Positions 50,772-60,820 of a DNA stretch of 64,000 bases are shown here, in pieces (position 1 is the stretch's first letter; every line of letters begins with the position of its first letter). The stretch spans positions 128,001-192,000 of the forward strand of contig DATGZA010000014.1 of NCBI GenBank assembly GCA_035297365.1, given 5' to 3'. Source of the DNA: Nitrososphaeraceae archaeon. Its GTDB lineage: Archaea; Thermoproteota; Nitrososphaeria; Nitrososphaerales; Nitrososphaeraceae. The notes under the pieces are model-generated. The model did no database searches. It saw nothing but the letters and a program-made list of their open reading frames with translations, and was not told the DNA's origin. The position numbers were made by a program, and so were the translations under genes.

Positions 50772-51779
50772 TTAAAACAGTTTATGCTTTGATAATTTCT
50801 TTGCTTTTATAAAATCTACAAAATAATATAGATATACTCTCTCATTAATTTTTAATATCCACGGAATAAAAGATTCCTTTTTCTGAGTGGATTCATTTAT
50901 TTCAAATCCATTTTCTTCTATTAATTCTCTGAATGATCTTCCATCATATTTTTTTTCAATTTCTTTGTCTCTGTTATAATCATATGGATCTGTAAAAATG
51001 ACATCACTATGGGGTTTTAATAATTTATGAACTGATAATAATAATTCCTTTGGGCTTACCAATTCTATTAAATTCATTGCCAATATGAGGTCAAATTTCA
51101 TATTATGAAAAGGGAGAGAACTTACATCAGAGACACAAAATTCAGTATTACCTTGTATATCTTCCTGCATCAATTTACGAGCTTCTTTTATAAACGAAAA
51201 CGAAAGATCTACTCCTATGACAAATGAATATTTTTTTGCTAACTTGAGTGTAGTTTTTCCCATCGCACATCCAAGATCTAGAGCTATTCCATCAAGTTTT
51301 GGATTTATACTACTAATTACACGATCGTATAGCTCATTTGGATTTATGTTCCATCTTAACGATTTAATTAATCTATCCTCGTCATGTTTTTCTAGTTCTA
51401 GCCACTTATATGGTGAGTACCATATTCCACCATCTTCATATATGTTACTTCCAATTGGACTAAATAAAGATTCGCCAGCGTTTCTCAAAAAATCCTTCAT
51501 TTCGTTTGTTTGACATTCTAATAACCATTTCCCATACATTTCAGTACGATTTTGAATATAATTTGAAAAATTCTTTAGAATTATTGCAACCCCTTCTATT
51601 ATGGGGTATTTGGAATTACAATCTGGACATATTAAAAAACCTTCAATACAGTCTTTTCCCTCCTTATCTATTAGATTTTCTATCTGCAATCTGATTTGTT
51701 TATCTAAATGATTTAGACATATTAGGTGATTTGCGAAAAGTCTTTTCAATCTTCGGTCTAAGTAGTAATTATTTGGCAA
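50772..51779 (-). CDS. class I SAM methyltransferase with N-terminal Trm112-like Zn domain
   Basis: EGFLICPDCNSKYPIIEGVAI followed by LDLGCAMG, GVDLS, LPF. Confidence 0.85.
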   Translation of the reverse strand: MPNNYYLDRRLKRLFANHLICLNHLDKQIRLQIENLIDKEGKDCIEGFLICPDCNSKYPIIEGVAIILKNFSNYIQNRTEMYGKWLLECQTNEMKDFLRNAGESLFSPIGSNIYEDGGIWYSPYKWLELEKHDEDRLIKSLRWNINPNELYDRVISSINPKLDGIALDLGCAMGKTTLKLAKKYSFVIGVDLSFSFIKEARKLMQEDIQGNTEFCVSDVSSLPFHNMKFDLILAMNLIELVSPKELLLSVHKLLKPHSDVIFTDPYDYNRDKEIEKKYDGRSFRELIEENGFEINESTQKKESFIPWILKINERVYLYYFVDFIKAKKLSKHKLF

Positions 51780-51885
51780 AAATATAATTCTATGTTATTA
51801 GAAAAATATGAAGATTAATTAATATCAGATTATAAGAAAAAAATGGAAAAATTAAATTTACTATCAAGTAAATTTAGCTCTTTTT

Positions 51886-53220
51886 TTATGATACTACTAC
51901 TATTCCTCTAGATATTCCATTCCTCGTTTTATCGGCGGAGACAGTATCTGGAAAGGTTATTCCTTTGATGTTCAATTCTATCTGGTAAATTCCTTTGGAT
52001 GGAAATTTAATCATCTGTGAATCCGATGCGTTCTTTGCAGTTAGATTTTCTTTTTTTATAATTTGATTTCCTTTTTGATCATAAAAAGTTAGGTCATAAT
52101 TTATATCTCCCTTAATTGCTGAATCTGCCAATGCATCAGAAAAGTTTAATTTTAATGCATTATCTTGATTTGATAGTACTTCACTAGGCCATTCAAATCT
52201 TGTTAGTATTCCTCCCCTGTCTGATACAATCTCTGGTGTTGTTTCGACAATTTTTTCTTTAGCGGGGGATAGATTAAATATCATAGTTTTTAAACCTTGG
52301 TTTTGAAGAGATTCTGCTAGCTTTAAAATATCCACTTTGTTCAAAAGGAAGTGTAATATTAAGTTCTTTTCCTCTGTAAATGGGTCAATAGCAATGGCCC
52401 TTCCAGTCATAGGATTGCCGTTTACTAATGCATGGAAAGAAGTACTATCTCCAAATTCATTAAATACTTTAGGTATCTTGACTTCCTCATGTACGAAAAT
52501 ATTTTGTTCTTGGATTCTCTTGAGATCCCAATTAAAAGGCATTACCCATGAAATATCTTTCTTTAGTGAATCATAAGTAAAATTCTGTATTTGATCATAA
52601 TAAGATACTATGGTAATATTGTAGTTCTTGTCACTTTCCTTAATATTGTTCTTATAGATGTCGCCGACACTTAGATAAGAATCAAACCTAGGTGCAGTTT
52701 CAGGAGTGAAAATATTTCTATCGTTATCTATTCCAAATATTTCTATTGCAAAGTGATATAATCCTCCTTCCAACAATATGGGGCCGCTTACAGAGATATC
52801 TCCGGTTTCACTTGTCCAACCGCCAAGAAAGGGTTCTGTTGAACCAAAAATATTTACAAAATCTCCTTGTTGTGGGTTTATTTTTAGTTTCAAAGGTCCC
52901 TGATGTGAATGAAACAGGTCCCTCATTATCAATTTTCCATCTTTTTCTACCGAAATAAAATACGAAACATGCTCTATGTTTTTGTCAGTCTTCGCATCAA
53001 ATAATTTTAATTCAAAAAAGGCGTTTTCCTTGCTTTCAGATGTTAGAATGGGTGGACTGATTTTTGTATATAAACTTGCTTCCCTGTCTCCGACGGACGC
53101 AGGAGGTAATGTTTCTTCGAATAGACCATCTGCAACAACATTCTGAATAGGGCTGATTATAAAAAATACAACTACAAATAAAACTGTTAATAACTGTCCA
53201 TAAAGAAGATTTTTTAACAT
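51886..53220 (-). CDS. secreted hypothetical protein (Nitrososphaeria surface-protein type)
   Basis: Signal peptide ending VVA; HVSY..FHSHQG His motif; SYYD..WVMPFNW..VHEEV. Confidence 0.8.
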   Translation of the reverse strand: MLKNLLYGQLLTVLFVVVFFIISPIQNVVADGLFEETLPPASVGDREASLYTKISPPILTSESKENAFFELKLFDAKTDKNIEHVSYFISVEKDGKLIMRDLFHSHQGPLKLKINPQQGDFVNIFGSTEPFLGGWTSETGDISVSGPILLEGGLYHFAIEIFGIDNDRNIFTPETAPRFDSYLSVGDIYKNNIKESDKNYNITIVSYYDQIQNFTYDSLKKDISWVMPFNWDLKRIQEQNIFVHEEVKIPKVFNEFGDSTSFHALVNGNPMTGRAIAIDPFTEEKNLILHFLLNKVDILKLAESLQNQGLKTMIFNLSPAKEKIVETTPEIVSDRGGILTRFEWPSEVLSNQDNALKLNFSDALADSAIKGDINYDLTFYDQKGNQIIKKENLTAKNASDSQMIKFPSKGIYQIELNIKGITFPDTVSADKTRNGISRGIVVVS

Positions 53221-53270
53221 CTAAGCGTGTGAATATTGTCCTAGTTTTTAAAAATCTTTCTTTTATAAAC

Positions 53271-53330
53271 CAGTTTATTGAATAGATAAAAATTTTTCGC
53301 AGTTTATTGAATAGATAAAAATTTTTCGCA
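53271..53330. repeat. 29-bp perfect tandem duplication
   Basis: CAGTTTATTGAATAGATAAAAATTTTTCG at 53271-53299 and 53300-53328. Confidence 0.95.
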
Positions 53331-54020
53331 TTCATAAATCAATCTGGAAACTACAACATGTGCTTCTAAACTATATTTAGATATCGAATATATTTTATCC
53401 ATCCTGTCAATAACTTCTTGGGAAAGATGTCCACTTTGAAATCCTCCAATTACAAAAACGTAATGGCCATCATCTTTTTTCAAGTTTTCAGTTAAAATGG
53501 TCTCGATATCTTGATATTTTCCAAAGGTCGAAAAGCCTATAATTTCGTCAGGTTTCACAATTTTTCCTATTAATTCACTAAAAGTCATATCCTTGACTTG
53601 TAATAGAATATTCCTATCTGAATTTGAAGATAATATCTCCTTCTCAAGGAATAGCTTCATCATCAATCCTTCAAATCTTTTATAAGATTTTGGAATCCGT
53701 AAATTCTCCCCTATCAGAATTACTTTATTATCAATTGTGTGAATATAAACTCCTACTAACCTATTATAAAATAAAGGCGTAGAAAGTATAGATAACAAAC
53801 ATAAATGTATTATATCAGGACGTCCACGTTTCCATCTTGATTCAATTTTCCCCTTTTCCATAGCAGAATAGTGATAATTTATATCTAGCAAAATTTCTTT
53901 TACAGGTCTTTTCATCTTTTTCGCATAATTTTTAACAACAATAATGTTTTGTAAGTTTTTTGGGATGGTTTCAAGGGCTGCCTCGGCAATTATTATCGAT
54001 AACCGCAATTTAAAAATCAC
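53304..54020 (-). CDS. nep1: rRNA pseudouridine-N1 methyltransferase Nep1/EMG1
   Basis: AEAALE, RGRPDIIH, RIPKSYKRFEGL, IGGFQSGH. Confidence 0.93.
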   Translation of the reverse strand: MIFKLRLSIIIAEAALETIPKNLQNIIVVKNYAKKMKRPVKEILLDINYHYSAMEKGKIESRWKRGRPDIIHLCLLSILSTPLFYNRLVGVYIHTIDNKVILIGENLRIPKSYKRFEGLMMKLFLEKEILSSNSDRNILLQVKDMTFSELIGKIVKPDEIIGFSTFGKYQDIETILTENLKKDDGHYVFVIGGFQSGHLSQEVIDRMDKIYSISKYSLEAHVVVSRLIYECEKFLSIQ

Positions 54021-54135
54021 TAGTTGTAGTTGTTTATAATTTGGTTGTGATTCAGCGCAATAAATTAAAATTATTTATTTTTTAATCGATTTTCTTACAC
54101 ATCAAAGAAAGGTATTTTTATCTCAACAATTCAAT

Positions 54136-54447
54136 TTGATATCTAGTTTGGTAAAAAGTGAGGCTAAATTAGTTGCATACGAACGGATATCTATATTAAT
54201 CCACAGTGCTCTAAGTGAGAAACACCAAAATTATGATCTAGCAAACAAACAAGCACAACTTGCAAAAAAAATTGCAAAAAGACTTAGATTAAAACTTCCA
54301 TATAATCTTCGCCAATTTTATTGCAAGAAATGTAAAAATTTTATTTCACCAGGTTACAATTCCAGAGTGCGAATAGGGCGATCTAATGTCAAAGCAATAA
54401 GAATTACTTGTCTAAAGTGTAACTATGTATACAGGAAATTATTTTAA
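54136..54447 (+). CDS. rnp4: RNase P protein Rpp21
   Basis: A.ERI.IL, FYCKKC...PG...RVR..ITCLKC. Confidence 0.93.
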   Translation: MISSLVKSEAKLVAYERISILIHSALSEKHQNYDLANKQAQLAKKIAKRLRLKLPYNLRQFYCKKCKNFISPGYNSRVRIGRSNVKAIRITCLKCNYVYRKLF

Positions 54448-54505
54448 TACATTATGGACAGAGAATAAGGTTTTATAAGGGTTCTAGAAATATTCTGATG
54501 TTATA

Positions 54506-54958
54506 ATGGCTAAAGTTTATGATGTGCCAGCTGATAAATTTATAGAAAAATTAGCTGGATATTTAAAAAATGATAAAAAAATTGAACCTCCATCTTGGTC
54601 CTATTTTGTAAAAACTGGGCCTCATACTGAAAAAATTCCTCAAAATAAAGATTGGTGGTACACCAGATGTGCTTCTCTCTTAAGAAAGGTCTACATTCAT
54701 GGACCAGTTTCTGTAGCGGATCTCAAAGGTGTATACGGGGGGAAGAAACAAAGAGGATACAATTTGGCACATCATGTAGATGCTAGTGGTGGAATAATTC
54801 GTACTGGTTTAAAACAGCTTGAGAATTCTGGTTACATAGTAAAAAAAGATAAGGGTAGAATAATTTCTGAAGATGGAATGAAGAGAGTGGATAGACTTGC
54901 AACTGAACTTCATAAAGAACTTCAAAAAGATTTTCCCGAGTTAGGCAGGTATTCCTGA
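54506..54958 (+). CDS. rps19e: 30S ribosomal protein S19e
   Basis: VYDVPAD, FVKTG, WWYTRCASLLRK. Confidence 0.98.
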   Translation: MAKVYDVPADKFIEKLAGYLKNDKKIEPPSWSYFVKTGPHTEKIPQNKDWWYTRCASLLRKVYIHGPVSVADLKGVYGGKKQRGYNLAHHVDASGGIIRTGLKQLENSGYIVKKDKGRIISEDGMKRVDRLATELHKELQKDFPELGRYS

Positions 54959-54970
54959 ACTTGATGAAAC

Positions 54971-55261
54971 ATGTCACTCCCACAAAATAATAATCCAAGC
55001 GAAGAAGATCGTAAAAGAAGAGAGGCAGAAGCAGATGCAATGCGTCAAAAGGTTTTGATGGTACTTTTGGATGCATCTGCGAGACAAAGATTAGCTAATG
55101 TTAGGATGGTAAAACCGGAACTAGCAAATGCCGTTGAAAATTATCTAGTAAATGCGGCCTCCTCTGGTCGGTTAAATCGTGCGTTGACTGATGACGAGCT
55201 AAAACAAATTTTATTGAGCATTCAAAGTCCCAAGAAAGATTTTAAAATTAATCGAATCTAG
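54971..55261 (+). CDS. PDCD5-like DNA-binding protein
   Basis: ARQRLANVRMVKPELANAVE..LTDDELKQIL; conserved position after rps19e. Confidence 0.93.
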   Translation: MSLPQNNNPSEEDRKRREAEADAMRQKVLMVLLDASARQRLANVRMVKPELANAVENYLVNAASSGRLNRALTDDELKQILLSIQSPKKDFKINRI

Positions 55262-55356
55262 TACCACGAAGCAGGATTACATAATATTGATTTGTGAATC
55301 CGTTGTACTATGTAAGTATTATAACAACAGGCTAAATTTTCAATATTCTGATTAAA

Positions 55357-56013
55357 TTGTTAGACGACTTTCTACATCCTAAACTCCTGATGAAGGTCAT
55401 TTCGCATATTGAAGCTGGAAGATATCACTTAAAAGAGTTTCAAAATACACTCGAACTAGATAATGATTCTGTATTTCAAGCTATTGTAAAATATCTGCTC
55501 AACAACAATATAGGGCAACTATCTGAAAAAGATAGAACAATATCTTTTTCTCGTTCTGACAAAATTTGGATCACTCTCATTGCTATTAGGAGGGGTTGTG
55601 ACATACAAGAATGTTCTAGATTACTCTCATGGCAAGATTTTGAATCATTGACTTCTCAAATATTAGGCCACTTTGAATACGATACCAAAGTTAATATCGT
55701 ACTAACAAAACCACGATGTCAATTAGACGTAATAGCTATAAAAAACGACTTTCTAATTTCTATTGATTGTAAGCATTGGAAAAATTATAGCAAATCGGCT
55801 ATTATGCCATATGTTGATAAACAAATAATACGTACTAGAAATTATTTACGCAATAATAATAAAATAAAAAAGGCCCTCCCTATGCTTTTGACATTATACG
55901 ATTCAAATTTTAAATTTATCAATGGTATACCAATTGTTCCTATTAGCTTTTTTAAATCATTTATATTTGAATTCGAATCTTTTAATGACAATATAGCATA
56001 TATATTAAGATAA
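55357..56013 (+). CDS. PD-(D/E)xK nuclease-like protein (Mrr/NERD type)
   Basis: WQDFE, QLDVIA, IDCKHW. Confidence 0.82.
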   Translation: MLDDFLHPKLLMKVISHIEAGRYHLKEFQNTLELDNDSVFQAIVKYLLNNNIGQLSEKDRTISFSRSDKIWITLIAIRRGCDIQECSRLLSWQDFESLTSQILGHFEYDTKVNIVLTKPRCQLDVIAIKNDFLISIDCKHWKNYSKSAIMPYVDKQIIRTRNYLRNNNKIKKALPMLLTLYDSNFKFINGIPIVPISFFKSFIFEFESFNDNIAYILR

Positions 56014-56114
56014 GTAAAATTCAAAATACAACTCGGTTATAATTAAAAAATCCAAATACTATTAAAATTAAGACAAACAAAAAGAAAAATGGGTAATCTT
56101 TACTTTATATTTAT

Positions 56115-56255
56115 TTATGTTGGGCGCCTTAGACCAGATGCTATCACGTATGCCAATCCTACTGCTAACCCAAAAGCTAATGGAATCCACACCCCAAAAG
56201 TATCTAAATTTATAGGAACATTCAGCTGCTGTATTAAATTACTAAATATATCCAT
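56115..56255 (-). CDS. 46-aa single-pass membrane protein (not in ORF track)
   Basis: Manual translation MDIFSNLIQQLNVPINLDTFGVWIPLAFGLAVGLAYVIASGLRRPT; AGGA and TTATAA upstream. Confidence 0.7.
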   Translation of the reverse strand: MDIFSNLIQQLNVPINLDTFGVWIPLAFGLAVGLAYVIASGLRRPT

Positions 56256-56449
56256 TTTCTTCCTATGATAAGAGGAAGGTTGCTTATAAGCGTTTAAAAA
56301 ATATGGTTTTTTTTGTGAACAAAAAATTTTGGTGAATTCCTAAAACACTCTTTTGAAAGTTTGTGTTCTCTATTATTATCCTTTGATGATCGCTAAAAGC
56401 ATCTCACCAGCAGTTTTCCTTAAATAACCCTAATATCAAAAAAATCTAC

Positions 56450-56728
56450 ATGAAGATGCAAAAGGAGATGCGAAAATTCTGTCCCAAGTGTAAGACGCAT
56501 ACCGCTCAATCTGTTTCAATATATAAGAAAGGAAAAGATAGAAAGACTGCTTTGGGGGCCAGAAGGCATGCAGAAGACAAGAAGGGATACGGCGGTCAAA
56601 AATTTCCTGAATTGAAACGTACAGCAAAAACAACTAAGAAAATTACCCTTAAGTACACTTGTAAAACCTGTCAAAGAAAATCCATGAGAGAAGGGATGAG
56701 AATGCGAAAATTAGAAATTAGCGCCTAA
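56450..56728 (+). CDS. rpl44e: 50S ribosomal protein L44e
   Basis: FCPKCKTHT, GYGGQKFP, KTTKK, CKTC. Confidence 0.98.
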   Translation: MKMQKEMRKFCPKCKTHTAQSVSIYKKGKDRKTALGARRHAEDKKGYGGQKFPELKRTAKTTKKITLKYTCKTCQRKSMREGMRMRKLEISA

Positions 56729-56749
56729 ATTAGTTATTGGTAATAAAAA

Positions 56750-56947
56750 ATGAATAAAGAGAATATCTTAATTCCGCAGCCATCCAGTGAGTATTTCACT
56801 ATTCAATGCACAAAGTGCAATGATAAAATAATTATTTATTCCCATACGTCAAAGAACATTTACTGCAAAACATGCAATGAATTATTAGCTCAAAAATCTG
56901 GGGGAAAAGCAAAGATATTTGGAAATATAATTACGAATCTAGATTAG
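56750..56947 (+). CDS. rps27e: 30S ribosomal protein S27e
   Basis: IPQPSS.F..QCTKC..CKTC..LA..SGGKA. Confidence 0.95.
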   Translation: MNKENILIPQPSSEYFTIQCTKCNDKIIIYSHTSKNIYCKTCNELLAQKSGGKAKIFGNIITNLD

Positions 56948-57500
56948 TAACTATTATACTTTCTTCGTAGTAATTCTTATTTTCAAAATACATAAAGTTA
57001 TTCTATCAAATTACGATGTTTGGCGATAACACGTGAGTCAACGAACTAGAATAAAATACATCTATAACTGTTTATAATTGCTGTTTGGAATTCGAATTTT
57101 TTACACTCTAAAACTACAAAATAAAATTATTAGACATTATTACATTAGTGATAGCAATGCTTACTTTTGATATGAAGAATTTTTGATAGATTTCGATTAA
57201 AGATGGTGATATGAAATTTTATGGGGGAAACAAAAAACAAAGTGAAAATAATGATTACATTCTGTTTTTTGGAATATCAAGGTTCTTATTATAACAAATA
57301 ATTCTGGAATAAAAAAAGATTCTATAAGAATATTGTTTTAGTTTTCATTCCTTATATGCTAGGATATTATAATTGAAAAATAACAACAAGTGTCAGAGAT
57401 AACAATCAAGTACATCCTTAAAATTACCAGATCCAAACTAATGTTAAGATCATATAACTTGTTCATTGACTTTTAGCCTTGTCTCATGAGTTAAAATATT

Positions 57501-58151
57501 TCATGTTTTCAGCATTCTTTTCGCTTTCTCAAGATCGGATTTTTCATTTACATTAACTGCTATCCCTTTTTGATTTAATACTATGAATCTCTCTGGAATC
57601 TCATGTTCAAAGTCATATATTTTACTTGGGTTAAAGATTTCAATTCCAGAATAACAGTACTCTTTATATTTATATGTAAAGGAAATACTTGGTTTTATTC
57701 CTAAACCTTCTACAAATTCTTTTTCTATTATAATGGAATTGCATGGAAATCGAAAATCGCATGATTTTAAAATCTCATTTATTTCATATTCTGATAATAA
57801 CGGTAGGTCTGCAGATACCACAAAAATCATGTCGTTAGGAAATTTTTTAATGATTGTAATTAGATCTAGGGAATAGCCATCTCCATCCGTCTCAACAAAT
57901 TCTAGGTCATCAATAATTTTTCTTTTAATTTTTTTTAAGAGAAATGATTTTGTTCTGATTGTGTTTTTACTGGTACAGATAACAATTTTTAGAAAACGTT
58001 TAGTATTTATCAAATTTTCAATCATATATTCTATCATTCTTTTGTTTCCCAGTTTTATCATAGGTTTGTCAGTGCGATAAATTTTTTTCATTCTAGTACC
58101 TTTTCCACCACACATTATTATGGCGATAATATTCACCTTTTTTTTAGACAT
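57501..58151 (-). CDS. cobY: adenosylcobinamide-phosphate guanylyltransferase
   Basis: MCGGKGTRM, KP, ADLP, NVN; last gene of the cob cluster. Confidence 0.88.
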   Translation of the reverse strand: MSKKKVNIIAIIMCGGKGTRMKKIYRTDKPMIKLGNKRMIEYMIENLINTKRFLKIVICTSKNTIRTKSFLLKKIKRKIIDDLEFVETDGDGYSLDLITIIKKFPNDMIFVVSADLPLLSEYEINEILKSCDFRFPCNSIIIEKEFVEGLGIKPSISFTYKYKEYCYSGIEIFNPSKIYDFEHEIPERFIVLNQKGIAVNVNEKSDLEKAKRMLKT

Positions 58152-58153
58152 TA

Positions 58154-58912
58154 TTATGTCGATCCCATAACGACAACATAAATAAAGTAAACAAAAAATC
58201 TTGATAATTCATTACAAGCTCCTATCACATCTCCAGATATTCCCCCGAAAGATCTATTAGAAATTAATAAGAGAAGTGAAGTTACAAGTAACATTCCAGC
58301 AAGTGATAGTGCTATTTGGTAGACCCCTAGTCCAAAAATGATTAGTATTACAACCACCAGGATTGTTGATATGATAAACTTTTTTCTGTTCTTCATCTCA
58401 GTAATAAATATTGTATTTAATCCCTCCCATGCTGATTTACCTATGTAACATTGTAATACCATGCTATACTTTGAAAGAGTTTCAGCAATTATAATCAAAG
58501 AAAATAATGCAAATTTGTTGTTAACATGAGACACTAAAACAATAACTCCTACTATGTAGATAATAATTATTACAGTTCCAGCAGTTCCATTTCTTGGATC
58601 TGTCATCACCTTATGTTTAATATCTTTAGAGCCTCTTACCATCAATCCGTCTGCTAGGTCTGCAAGCGCATCTGTGTGGTGTAATCCCGTAAAGGCAATT
58701 AATGCAATTGTTACCATCATCCCAAGGATTAAATCTTGCAAATGGTCATACAAAATGAAGGCAAAAGATCCTACACTAAATCCTATTATGAATCCCGCAA
58801 TTGGGAATAAATACATATTTTTTGCTATATAGCTAATATCATAACCTTTTCTTTTCGTTACCGGTATAACGGTTAAAAAAGATAAAACGGAAAATATATT
58901 ATCAAATGGCAA
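58154..58912 (-). CDS. cobS: adenosylcobinamide-GDP ribazoletransferase
   Basis: SFLTVIP, TGLHH.DALAD.ADG, FGGISGDVIGA. Confidence 0.95.
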   Translation of the reverse strand: MPFDNIFSVLSFLTVIPVTKRKGYDISYIAKNMYLFPIAGFIIGFSVGSFAFILYDHLQDLILGMMVTIALIAFTGLHHTDALADLADGLMVRGSKDIKHKVMTDPRNGTAGTVIIIIYIVGVIVLVSHVNNKFALFSLIIIAETLSKYSMVLQCYIGKSAWEGLNTIFITEMKNRKKFIISTILVVVILIIFGLGVYQIALSLAGMLLVTSLLLLISNRSFGGISGDVIGACNELSRFFVYFIYVVVMGST

Positions 58913-59882
58913 ATACTATTGACCACCATTTCAAAAAGTCTAATAATAGTATAGTTGGAATAGAGATTAATAAACAAAAGAGTATTGTCGTTATCTTCAT
59001 TATTTTTATTGCAACTATACATTTTTGAATAGATAGTATCTCCTGAGGATCGCCTAATGCATAATGATCTATTTTTTCTAATCTTATCTTCAATGCTCCT
59101 GCCATTGCAGACATGGGATGGCCAGAGTTTATACTAATTGAACAATTACGATCACGTTTTAGAATTTTAATAGAATTTTTCCAATCAGCCCTTGCTATAA
59201 TAGATGAAATTATCATTAGCAAAGATGTCATTCTGGCTGGTATATAATTTGCAAATGTATCAGCTTTAGCAGCCATCCATCCAATATTAACAAAATAATT
59301 GTTTCTATATCCAATCATAGAATCCAAGGTGTTAATTATTCTGAACACAAAGGCTCCCGTTGGACCAAAAAAAGAAAAATAAAATAAAGGTGATATTATA
59401 CCATCTACTGTACTATCTGCTATAGATTCGACTGCCGCCGATAGGATATGTTGTTCATCCAGTTTTTGGGTATCTCTGCCGACGATGAAAGACAGTTTTA
59501 GACGTGCATTACCAATATCATTTCTCTTCAACGCGTTGATAATATCATCAACATGTTTGCCCATATTTTTTATCGCAATTGTACTGTAAAGTAGATAAAT
59601 CGATAGTATAAAAAATATAAAGAAATCAATATTTCTCAAATAAATTAAAAAGACTTGAACGAGAAATGCAGATATCACTATAAAAGATATTGTTAAAACC
59701 ACTCCTCTGATCTTCTCTTCATACTGGTTTTCTTTTTCAGTGATCTTTAATTTTGGGATAAAATATTTTACTATTTTACCGATCCATGAGACAGGATGAA
59801 ACCTATTACTAGGGTCCCCAAACGCCAGATCTAGAGTTATTGAAAGAATTAGGATAAAGATAATATGTATTGATGATATCAT
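58902..59882 (-). CDS. cbiB: adenosylcobinamide-phosphate synthase
   Basis: GDP..FHPV, IVGRDT, NTLDSMIGY, IPAR, NSG.P..AMAGAL. Confidence 0.95.
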   Translation of the reverse strand: MISSIHIIFILILSITLDLAFGDPSNRFHPVSWIGKIVKYFIPKLKITEKENQYEEKIRGVVLTISFIVISAFLVQVFLIYLRNIDFFIFFILSIYLLYSTIAIKNMGKHVDDIINALKRNDIGNARLKLSFIVGRDTQKLDEQHILSAAVESIADSTVDGIISPLFYFSFFGPTGAFVFRIINTLDSMIGYRNNYFVNIGWMAAKADTFANYIPARMTSLLMIISSIIARADWKNSIKILKRDRNCSISINSGHPMSAMAGALKIRLEKIDHYALGDPQEILSIQKCIVAIKIMKITTILFCLLISIPTILLLDFLKWWSIVFAI

Positions 59883-60769
59883 CTGGTTAATTTCAAAACC
59901 TTATCTAAAATAAATTCTAGTTCAATATTTTTTCTGATCTCTGTTGATAATATGTCTATTTGTTGGTCTAATATTTCTTTTGAATACGTGAAATGTTTGC
60001 TGTTATTATTATCATGGGTAAGGTCTATCTTACTATTGGTACCGTCTAATGAGTCTTCCTCAGGTAAAGAAAAATCAATTTTTGGAATAATTCCGAGACA
60101 TTCCATATTTTTTGCTGATTGAACATATTTTATTGCATTTTTAAGTAAACCTTTATCACCACGAAATTTGTTTATTAAAAATCCTTTGACTAATTTTTGA
60201 TGTTTTCTTTGTAATAGTTCCATAGTCCCTACAAGGCTTGCAAAACAACCTCCTCTTTCGATGTCCGATATGAGTAGAACGGGACTTTCCGTTTTTTCAG
60301 CCAGCAACATATTAGCTATATCATATTTTGCTATGTTAATTTCGGCAGGAGACCCAGCTCCTTCTACAATCAATATATCATTGTCTTGTCTCAAAGTCTT
60401 TATTGATTCCAAGACCAGGGGGAAGCCAGTCTGTAAGACAAAATCTTTATAGTAGCTAGAAGCTGTCATCTCTGCATAAAATTTTCCTTTAATAAAGACT
60501 CTGCTTCTATAATTCCCTACAGGTATCAATAAAATAGGGTTAATTTTCCAACTAGGTTTTTTTCTCGCAGCAATTGCTTGTACTGCCTGAATATTTGATA
60601 TTACCTCCGATTTAGAAATATTGAAAATTTTTGACGACATGTTCTGTGCCTTGAATGGACAAACACGAAACCCTACATCAGACAAAATTCTGCACAATGC
60701 AATAACTAATGTACTTTTTCCTGCGCCAGAAGAAGTGCCCTGAACCATCAATATTTTTGCCTGTTCCAA
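59879..60769 (-). CDS. cbiP: cobyric acid synthase, synthetase domain only
   Basis: VQGTSSGAGKS, PFKAQNMS, EGAGSPAEIN, DIERGG, INKFRGD, PEEDS; ends before the GATase domain. Confidence 0.92.
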   Translation of the reverse strand: MEQAKILMVQGTSSGAGKSTLVIALCRILSDVGFRVCPFKAQNMSSKIFNISKSEVISNIQAVQAIAARKKPSWKINPILLIPVGNYRSRVFIKGKFYAEMTASSYYKDFVLQTGFPLVLESIKTLRQDNDILIVEGAGSPAEINIAKYDIANMLLAEKTESPVLLISDIERGGCFASLVGTMELLQRKHQKLVKGFLINKFRGDKGLLKNAIKYVQSAKNMECLGIIPKIDFSLPEEDSLDGTNSKIDLTHDNNNSKHFTYSKEILDQQIDILSTEIRKNIELEFILDKVLKLTR

Positions 60770-60820
60770 ATTGTTTTTTACCTTCTATCTGTGCACATTT
60801 TAATTATCAATACTGACCCA

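Noticed and set aside
56948-57500. Gap after rps27e without aIF2alpha/nop10
   Set aside because: The operon split may be normal for this lineage; no interpretable ORF or repeat in the gap
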